29,378 nucleotides of DNA from a virus (lineage: Duplodnaviria > Caudoviricetes), in IMG/VR virus record IMGVR_UViG_3300026260_000659, positions 1 to 29,378 of that record; one strand, given 5' to 3'. Position numbers and translations under genes: made by a program. Each line of letters opens with the position of its first letter. The first letter of the stretch is position 1. A model generated the notes under the pieces. The model was given only the letters and a program-made list of their open reading frames with translations, ran no database searches and was not told where the DNA came from. Below are positions 17,572 to 24,871 of this stretch, in pieces.

Positions 17572-17971
17572 TTTTACCCCACTTGATAATGTTCCAAACT
17601 CTTTCATGTACATAGTGTGTAACAATAAATGCAATGTTACTATATATTGTCCACTCTAAAGATGAACTATTATCTAATCCTAATGCCTTACCAATAAAGA
17701 ATAATACTATAAAAGAATAAACCCTCCAAGTAATTGTTTTAATTACACTTCTTCTTTTAGTATCACTTTCATTTAATCTATCCCAATTAACACGATTCCA
17801 AATATATTCGTGTATAAGATAACTTACAAACCCTATCGTGTAACTTGCAACTACCAATTTCAATGCAAATTCATTACCATGTCCTAATAGATATGATAAT
17901 AAAAATATTGAAAGTAATCCTGCAGTTCTATAACTTAATGTTTTTACTGTTGTTCTATAATTTTTATCCAT
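17561..17971 (-). CDS. Membrane protein with two tandem DUF2061-like repeats
   Basis: RTTVKTLSYR...HEYIWNRVNW and RSVIKTITWR...HERVWNIIKWG. Confidence 0.78.
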   Translation of the reverse strand: MDKNYRTTVKTLSYRTAGLLSIFLLSYLLGHGNEFALKLVVASYTIGFVSYLIHEYIWNRVNWDRLNESDTKRRSVIKTITWRVYSFIVLFFIGKALGLDNSSSLEWTIYSNIAFIVTHYVHERVWNIIKWGKSEV

Positions 17972-17972
17972 T

Positions 17973-18218
17973 TTATTCTCCTTGTTGAACTTGACTCATC
18001 ATATTTTTTGGAACGACACCACAATTACCACAACTAAATACTTGAATCGGAACAATTGCCTCTTTACCATTTGGACTCATCAATGCTGATATTCTTTTCA
18101 AAAAGAATGATTGAATGAAAGATACATTCCCACACTCTTCACATTGAATTGTATCTGTTTGTGAAATATCTATTTCTTGTGGTGGTTTTTGATAGTTTCT
18201 ATCTTTTTTCTGTTTCAT
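17973..18218 (-). CDS. Small Zn-ribbon hypothetical protein
   Basis: CEECG...F...CGNCG; AGGA RBS. Confidence 0.75.
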   Translation of the reverse strand: MKQKKDRNYQKPPQEIDISQTDTIQCEECGNVSFIQSFFLKRISALMSPNGKEAIVPIQVFSCGNCGVVPKNMMSQVQQGE

Positions 18219-18258
18219 TTTATTTTTCCTATTATTATTTCTAAATTATCAGTTAAGT

Positions 18259-19293
18259 TCATACCACTCCTTGTAATGTGTGTAAAGAATTAGTTTCTTT
18301 TAACATCTGTTTCCATATTGTTTCAAACTCGGAATAATTAGGATGTCCTTTTTTCCAAACTGCCTTTTCTTCATATTGTTCATCGGTAAGATTACCCCAA
18401 TTTAAAACTTTATAATATTGTGTCTTTACCTTTTTATTAGATAAATTTTCTTTTAATTCAAGTAATTTTAAAATCTCTTTGTAATTATCATTCTGTACTA
18501 CAAAACTAAATATCACCGTTTCAATGGTATCAATAGTATTTATAAATTCTAAGTTCCTCATTAACAAATCCCAATCTCCACCTCTTCTTGTAATCTTATA
18601 AGTTTCTGGTGTAGCAGCATCTATAGATATTTCCATAGTTTTTAAAAATGGATGAACACCTTTCATAGTTTCCCACAACTTTGGTGTAAAAGAATTTGCA
18701 TTAGTATGTAAATGTATATGTCCAACATTTGGATATTTCTTAGTATCAAACTCTTGTAAAAAACTTTTAAAGAAAGGACTTTGTAATGGATCACCTGTTC
18801 CACTTATATATAATCTGTAAGCATCTTTTATAATCTCTTCTGTAACTATTTTATGAATCCGTTCCATATTTTTCCAATTAGGTGAATTTGGTGAATCCAT
18901 AATCATTTCATTTCTACAAGTAGGACAAGATAATGCACAACTTCTGTCATAATTAAAAGCAACAACCAATGGTCCTGTAGTTGCTTCTGGTTTAAACTTT
19001 CTCCACAACACACCTAAATCATCTTTATTGAATACAGGTAATTCAGAATCAAGTTCATCTGATAATAATTGTGAACAATTTTCTTCTATACAATTTTTAA
19101 AAGTAGAATCAATCATACTCTGTCTATATTCTTTTGCAATCTCACCATTCCAAACTTCTTCCCAAGATTGTTCTAATATATTACCCATTGGTTTTGTAAT
19201 CCATCCTGGACAACAATTATAAACATTTCCATCACCGTGAATCTCTGTAAATGCCCACGGTTGTCTACACCATCGGTTCTTAATATCAATCAC
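18259..19293 (-). CDS. Radical SAM protein with N-terminal SPASM/twitch-like Fe-S domain
   Basis: CALSCPTC (CxxxCxxC), SGTGDP, HTNA, ISIDAAT.ETY...R; N-terminal CRQPW...GNVYNCC...GNI...W...C...C. Confidence 0.88.
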   Translation of the reverse strand: MIDIKNRWCRQPWAFTEIHGDGNVYNCCPGWITKPMGNILEQSWEEVWNGEIAKEYRQSMIDSTFKNCIEENCSQLLSDELDSELPVFNKDDLGVLWRKFKPEATTGPLVVAFNYDRSCALSCPTCRNEMIMDSPNSPNWKNMERIHKIVTEEIIKDAYRLYISGTGDPLQSPFFKSFLQEFDTKKYPNVGHIHLHTNANSFTPKLWETMKGVHPFLKTMEISIDAATPETYKITRRGGDWDLLMRNLEFINTIDTIETVIFSFVVQNDNYKEILKLLELKENLSNKKVKTQYYKVLNWGNLTDEQYEEKAVWKKGHPNYSEFETIWKQMLKETNSLHTLQGVV

Positions 19294-20213
19294 TTTATTT
19301 TTCCAATTACCTCAACAAACATAGCCATAATGTTTATTTCTTTATCCACTACAACTGCATCTGATTGTTGATATTGACTTAATGTTAATATACATTCTGC
19401 AACATGACCTCTTCCCCAATCATCTACGGTATCAAATAATAATCTGAATAAATCACTAAAGTCTGTTACTTTTGAGTCTGCTAATGTTTGTCTTATATTC
19501 TTAAATGAATTCTTTTTATCTTGTGTTTTTAAAATATCTAATACTTGTAACTTATAATCATTTTGTATTGCCATTCCCTCATCAATCACAAGTTTACCAT
19601 TTACTACTTGTCTTTGTACTGAATTTATAACTCGTCTGATATCAGGATAACCACCATTAACTATAGTTACAATATCATCTACTGTTGCATCCACCTTTTC
19701 ATTCTTTAAAATATTTGAAACATGAAGTGCAACTTGTTTCCTATCTGGTGGTATAATCTGAAATGATTGACATCTTGATTGAATTGGGTCTATGATTCTC
19801 TCAACGAAATTACAAGTTAAGATAAACCTACAATGTTTACTAAATGTTTCCATTAGGTTTCTTAATGCAGCTTGAGCATTTGGTGTAATGTAATCACACT
19901 CGTCCAAGATAATCACTTTCATATCTTGGAATCCAAGTGTTGAGGCAAAGTTCTTAACTTTCTCTCTTACTACTTCTACACTATTCTCGTCTGACGCATT
20001 AATATACAGATAATCACAATCTATATTATTAACGAGTAATTTAGCGAGAGTGGTCTTACCTGTACCAGCCCTTCCAAACAATAAAAGGTGTGGTAAGTCT
20101 CCACTCTCCAAATACACCTTGACTTTACTCTTGAGATGTTCATTCCCAATGTAAGTGTCAAGATTCGAAGGCCGATACTTTTCTACCCATAAACTATTTT
20201 TAATTTCTTCCAT
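19290..20213 (-). CDS. Clamp loader AAA+ ATPase (RFC small subunit / T4 gp44-like)
   Basis: WVEKYRP, GRAGTGKTT (Walker A), ILDECD (Walker B), AQAALRNLME, IQSRC. Start at 20213 by TAATG coupling; the ORF track start is 20234. Confidence 0.93.
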   Translation of the reverse strand: MEEIKNSLWVEKYRPSNLDTYIGNEHLKSKVKVYLESGDLPHLLLFGRAGTGKTTLAKLLVNNIDCDYLYINASDENSVEVVREKVKNFASTLGFQDMKVIILDECDYITPNAQAALRNLMETFSKHCRFILTCNFVERIIDPIQSRCQSFQIIPPDRKQVALHVSNILKNEKVDATVDDIVTIVNGGYPDIRRVINSVQRQVVNGKLVIDEGMAIQNDYKLQVLDILKTQDKKNSFKNIRQTLADSKVTDFSDLFRLLFDTVDDWGRGHVAECILTLSQYQQSDAVVVDKEINIMAMFVEVIGKIK

Positions 20214-21460
20214 TATAACTTTTTCCATATCCAAATTGGTTCACAAAATGTTTTTCCGTTTGTTTCTTGTGCTAATTGTAGTGATTCTTCTGTAAATCTA
20301 TTATCCGAAGCCGTTCCAGCTCCACCACTATTTGGTCTCTGTGCCATTTCCATTCCAATACAACCTTGATATTCCGAGTCGTGGAATGTAGATAGAAAAT
20401 CATTCATAGGATTACAAATCTCTAACCATTTCTTACCATGAGAATTTAATCTCTTTTGTTTTGCTCCACTACTCGCATAAACATCACTTATGTTCACTAA
20501 TAAATATCCACCACTCTTTATAGAAACCCATAATTTTTTAAGAGTTTTCTGTAAAAATTGTTCATTCCATTCATCAATAGTTTTATATCTAACCCAACTT
20601 TGAGTATCATCATAACTATATCTTTCAACTCCAAAATATGGTGGTGAAGTAAATACCGTATCAAACATATCTTCATACTCTTCAAAATCTACATCTTCTG
20701 CTGGTGATTCTATAAACTCACAATCCTTATCAACTTCAAAAAACATATTTCTATGTGTATTATAGAAATCTTTCTGTTCCTTGTATATCGGATGATTTTC
20801 TTTTCGTGGGTCTATTCCAAGATAATATTTACCTGTTTCACTACCATAGAATCCTGCCAATCTATCTCCCCAACCTGCACTAAAGTCTAATATGTTTTCA
20901 CTACCTAACTTATCATATAATACTTTTGCCACATTTGGTTTAAACTGAGAACAAATATACTTTCTCAATCCAATCATGGTTCTCAATACACTACGATTTA
21001 TTTTAGGTAATTTTAAAGTATAGGCTGCTCCCATTAAACTTACCATAAACTTTTCAGTTTTCCAAGTTCTTTCTGGACCTGGAGCAATAGTTCCATCTAC
21101 ACTCCATCTATTCTTTTGTTGAAAATAATTACTTGAACCATTTCCTGTATTGATTCTTCTAAAGTATTGTTGTTTACCTTGAAAAGATAAATCATATTTA
21201 TATTCTGAACCTTCTCGAGCAAACCAAGTACCATCAACTAAAATTTCATTATGTCTCATACCTTTAAGTTTCATTAAATCCTTGTAGGCATCATTCTCTG
21301 AAATTAGAGCATACGGTATCCCATAAGTCATTGCAACTTTTGCAAGACTCTCTTTGACATCTTGTTTGTCAAATGTTTCTTTTATGTATTTCCATTCTCC
21401 TTCATCAATTGAAAGATATGGTTTCATATTTAAGAATTTATCAAAATAATCTAAATACAC
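20213..21460 (-). CDS. Amino (N4-C/N6-A) DNA methyltransferase-like protein
   Basis: ILDFSAGWGDRL (motif I) before VFTSPPYF (motif IV); GTG start. Confidence 0.8.
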   Translation of the reverse strand: MYLDYFDKFLNMKPYLSIDEGEWKYIKETFDKQDVKESLAKVAMTYGIPYALISENDAYKDLMKLKGMRHNEILVDGTWFAREGSEYKYDLSFQGKQQYFRRINTGNGSSNYFQQKNRWSVDGTIAPGPERTWKTEKFMVSLMGAAYTLKLPKINRSVLRTMIGLRKYICSQFKPNVAKVLYDKLGSENILDFSAGWGDRLAGFYGSETGKYYLGIDPRKENHPIYKEQKDFYNTHRNMFFEVDKDCEFIESPAEDVDFEEYEDMFDTVFTSPPYFGVERYSYDDTQSWVRYKTIDEWNEQFLQKTLKKLWVSIKSGGYLLVNISDVYASSGAKQKRLNSHGKKWLEICNPMNDFLSTFHDSEYQGCIGMEMAQRPNSGGAGTASDNRFTEESLQLAQETNGKTFCEPIWIWKKL

Positions 21461-21461
21461 C

Positions 21462-22193
21462 TTAACTTACTTGTTGTGTTGCCACTAAGTAATATTCTGA
21501 TTTGTATTCATCCACATTGAAGTTTATTTTACTCAAACCAGATTTACTGATTTTCAATGAAGCACTTGTACACTCTTTATTTGCACTTAATATATTTGCA
21601 AACATTGTAGCGTTAAATGATATTGGTTCAAGTTCAACATACTCTTCAACTTCAACTGGAATTGTAATACGATTACTTGCAACATTACTATAACCTATAA
21701 CAACACTAACCTTTCCATCTTTTGTTATTATTGTAAATGATTCACTATCAGTAAGAGCTCCCTTACCCATAATGAATGTGTTTATAAAGTAAGAATTTAC
21801 TTTAATATCTAAATCAAATTCACTTGGTAAGTTTTTCAATGCTGGTGGTGTTGGTATAACACTTAAATCACTCAACATATACTTTGACTTAGTATTGTAT
21901 TTAGTATCCGTCATATCAATACTAATAAACTTATCTCCTGAAGATGTTAGTTTAAATTCTACATCATCACTTAATACTGATAATAGTGCTACAAGTTGTG
22001 GTGTATTATAGACACCTAATTCTGATGGATCAACTCCAGAGAATTTATCTACTAATACACTACCAACTACTGACTTATCTCCTGAGATAAACCTTGTTGA
22101 CAATTTTGTACCATCACTAACCCACTTAACAGATTTAATCTCTCCACCAAGTGCGTATTTATTAATATATCTAATTAGTTGTGTTTTATTCAT
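21462..22193 (-). CDS. Sliding clamp (gp45/PCNA-like)
   Basis: 243 aa, beta-rich, directly downstream of the DNA polymerase and near the clamp loader; GVYNTPQL..LL and C-terminal SKSGL....F......YYLVA pattern. Confidence 0.72.
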   Translation of the reverse strand: MNKTQLIRYINKYALGGEIKSVKWVSDGTKLSTRFISGDKSVVGSVLVDKFSGVDPSELGVYNTPQLVALLSVLSDDVEFKLTSSGDKFISIDMTDTKYNTKSKYMLSDLSVIPTPPALKNLPSEFDLDIKVNSYFINTFIMGKGALTDSESFTIITKDGKVSVVIGYSNVASNRITIPVEVEEYVELEPISFNATMFANILSANKECTSASLKISKSGLSKINFNVDEYKSEYYLVATQQVS

Positions 22194-22259
22194 AACCTTT
22201 TTCCTATTTGTTAATTGTTAATTGTCTCTATATATACATATATATAAGAATCCTCAAAA

Positions 22260-24758
22260 TCAAAAAAATCTTTCAATAGATTGTTGTTTATCAACTACTG
22301 CTTCCCAACCCATACTTTCATAGAACATTCCTATTTTTTTCTTTAAAGCCTGTTCAAACATTCTACTACTATCTATCTTATTTTTGATTAAATCTAAAAT
22401 TTCTCTTGGGTCTTCATATCCCTTGTATGCTATGGTATCAAATCCAAACTCATTATCTTTTAAATAAACCCATTTTATTTTGCTACCATTAGTAATCTTT
22501 TCATATTTTCTACCCTCATACCAATAATCTAATAATGAATTGTAATTTATAGCCGCTTTAACATGAACTGGAGCACCTTTCTTGTATTTAGCAAATGAAC
22601 TCTCTTCATCTCGTTCAATATACTTTCCAATACCTTTTACTCCGATTGGATTTGCCATAACATCAAAATGTAAATTATTCATATTCCTTTTAAAAATACT
22701 AATTCTCTCATCAATTTTTTCTTTAGGTACTTTTGCCAATATATCTTGTAAAACTTGTCCTAATAATTCTTTCATAGCGATTGCAAAATTACTACGAACC
22801 GTATCCAATCCCTTTACTTGTAACTTATTTACTTTTCTACCAGCATCATTAATAATATTTAATCCATATCGTTTCTTCACAATAAACAATGCTGTCTTAG
22901 CAATAACTTCTTGTTTAATATCAAATACATGATCATCTATATTTAAAAACTTTTTAGCAAAATAATCATAACTTTGATTTAAATAATCTTGTACTTCACC
23001 ACACACTTCCATAATTCTTTGAGTCATCATTGTTTCGGATAACTTTTCATTTGGATATCTATTCTCAATCAATGGAACTGCTGATGCGAAAATAGAGTCT
23101 GTATCAATATAAATAACATAGTCTTCATTTGTTCCCAATTCTTTATTATAGAAATGATTAGTTATCTTTTTACTAAACTTAATCAATGATTGTCCTGTAA
23201 GTGTGGTTGCTTCTGCATTATCAATATCATAAAATCTAAATACTGGTAATCCCAATACACCATATAATGAATTTAATAATATCTTCTGTAAGTATTGTCG
23301 TCTATCGAAATATTCTTCTTTCTTTTTATCACCTTGTTCATGAAACTTTTTAACAAGTTTTCTCATCTCTACTCGTTCATTAAACCACTTTGATAAAAGT
23401 GCTGGAATCAATCCTTGTTTGTCTGTACGATATATTATACCATTACTTGATATACTTATTTTTTGACTTTCTAAATAATCTTTTAATTCTACTTCAGATA
23501 ATTTACCTACTTTTTTTCCATTTCTATTTTTAACTTGATATGTTTGTTGATGGTTAGTCTTTATAAAATCATCTGCATTCCATTCGTCAATCTTACCAAC
23601 TTTGGTTTCAGGTGAAATATTCAATGAACGAATAACACTTGGATACATTGATGTAATATCCAAGTCAAATACCCATTCGTGTCTTCCTCTTTGTGGTGAT
23701 TGTACATAAGCACCTGCAAATTTATCTTCAATCTTTTTAGGTCTTGGTGGTTTATTGGGTGCCACCACACCAATCTTTTTCAGATATACTAAGATAGCTC
23801 CCTCTAAATATCTTGAACTCATAAACACATCTTCATATGGTACATGACCAATATGAGCTATACCACGAGCAATATCAATAAAATCTAACTTATCATCTAA
23901 TTCAGCAAGTATTTCAACATCTCGTATATTATATTTAACAAACTTCTCTAAATCTTTTTCATATAAATCATTAAGTGTTCCTTCATAATCTATCTTTTTC
24001 ATACCAACTTCAACTTCACCAATGTAATCTAACCGATAACTTGATTGTTGTATTGGTGAAAACTTTCTATATAAATGTAAATAATCCATTTGATTAACAC
24101 CAGCAATAGTATACTTTTTCTTGTATTCACTATAATAAATTTGTCCAATTGGTGATAACATAGTTGCTACATCTTTACCCAATACTCTTACTGCTCTATT
24201 ATATAGATAAGGAACATCAAAACTATCACTATTCCATCCACTTAATATTGTTGGTTGTATTTCTGAATACTTTCTAAAAAATGAAGTTAATAATTCATAT
24301 TCTGTAGTAAAGAACTCAACTATCTTATCATCTTTTGTATAATTCTGAAGTTGTTTTTTCTCATCCAATACATACGCAAAATATGTTTTAGTTATCTCAT
24401 CATATAATGCAATTGATGTTATTTTATTTGGAGCTTTCAATGGATCAGGAAATCCGTCTGTTACTTCTACCTCAATATCAAAAAATACTTTTCTATGTCC
24501 TACTGATACTTCATCCGAATCAGTATATTGGTCTACTAAAAATCTTGTAGTTTGTGGTACATCACTTTCGTGTAATCCAGGAGTTTTATCTTCCCATTTA
24601 AAAATCTTTTTAACTTTATCACCATCAAGTGTAAAGTGTTGTCCTGTTGAATTTTTTATATAAGCGTACTTTTTATATGGGATTATAAGATAACCCCTTT
24701 TATCATCCCAAAGATGAATTTTTTGTCTACGAACTTCGAAATAAATCGATTGATACAA
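22260..24758 (-). CDS. Family B DNA polymerase
   Basis: Exo I FFDIEV, Exo II GWNSDSFDVPY, Exo III YNIRDV; polymerase DITSMYPS, KILLNSLYG, YIDTDS, KKRY; TTG start after GGAG. Confidence 0.96.
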   Translation of the reverse strand: MYQSIYFEVRRQKIHLWDDKRGYLIIPYKKYAYIKNSTGQHFTLDGDKVKKIFKWEDKTPGLHESDVPQTTRFLVDQYTDSDEVSVGHRKVFFDIEVEVTDGFPDPLKAPNKITSIALYDEITKTYFAYVLDEKKQLQNYTKDDKIVEFFTTEYELLTSFFRKYSEIQPTILSGWNSDSFDVPYLYNRAVRVLGKDVATMLSPIGQIYYSEYKKKYTIAGVNQMDYLHLYRKFSPIQQSSYRLDYIGEVEVGMKKIDYEGTLNDLYEKDLEKFVKYNIRDVEILAELDDKLDFIDIARGIAHIGHVPYEDVFMSSRYLEGAILVYLKKIGVVAPNKPPRPKKIEDKFAGAYVQSPQRGRHEWVFDLDITSMYPSVIRSLNISPETKVGKIDEWNADDFIKTNHQQTYQVKNRNGKKVGKLSEVELKDYLESQKISISSNGIIYRTDKQGLIPALLSKWFNERVEMRKLVKKFHEQGDKKKEEYFDRRQYLQKILLNSLYGVLGLPVFRFYDIDNAEATTLTGQSLIKFSKKITNHFYNKELGTNEDYVIYIDTDSIFASAVPLIENRYPNEKLSETMMTQRIMEVCGEVQDYLNQSYDYFAKKFLNIDDHVFDIKQEVIAKTALFIVKKRYGLNIINDAGRKVNKLQVKGLDTVRSNFAIAMKELLGQVLQDILAKVPKEKIDERISIFKRNMNNLHFDVMANPIGVKGIGKYIERDEESSFAKYKKGAPVHVKAAINYNSLLDYWYEGRKYEKITNGSKIKWVYLKDNEFGFDTIAYKGYEDPREILDLIKNKIDSSRMFEQALKKKIGMFYESMGWEAVVDKQQSIERFF

Positions 24759-24781
24759 CCTTGTAATTCTCCAATTTAATG

Positions 24782-24819
24782 TGTCTTAATATAACAACAA
24801 AACCCTATATGAGTCAAGC
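24782..24819 (-). promoter_or_regulatory. Sigma70-like promoter TTGACT-N18-TATATT
   Basis: Minus strand reads GCTTGACTCATATAGGGTTTTGTTGTTATATTAAGACA; second copy of the element at 11281-11318. Confidence 0.72.
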
Positions 24820-24834
24820 CTTTTTTTAAGTAGA

Positions 24835-24861
24835 AGGGGGATAATATTGAACTATCCCCCT
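24835..24861 (-). terminator. Stem-loop after the TonB receptor gene (putative terminator or 3' stabiliser)
   Basis: AGGGGGATA-N9-TATCCCCCT, a 9-bp stem 10 nt past the stop; only a weak U-tract follows. Confidence 0.6.
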
Positions 24862-24871
24862 AAATACTATT

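Noticed and set aside
12997-19293. 7-deazaguanine DNA modification cluster (QueC plus radical SAM as QueE)
   Set aside because: The radical SAM protein is a 344-aa SPASM-like type rather than QueE-like, and no QueD, FolE or DpdA is in the window; these could still be elsewhere on the genome.
22208-22245. Short tandem repeat (TTGTTAA twice plus a partial copy) and TA run upstream of the clamp gene
   Set aside because: Too short and low in complexity to support a repeat or origin call in AT-rich DNA.
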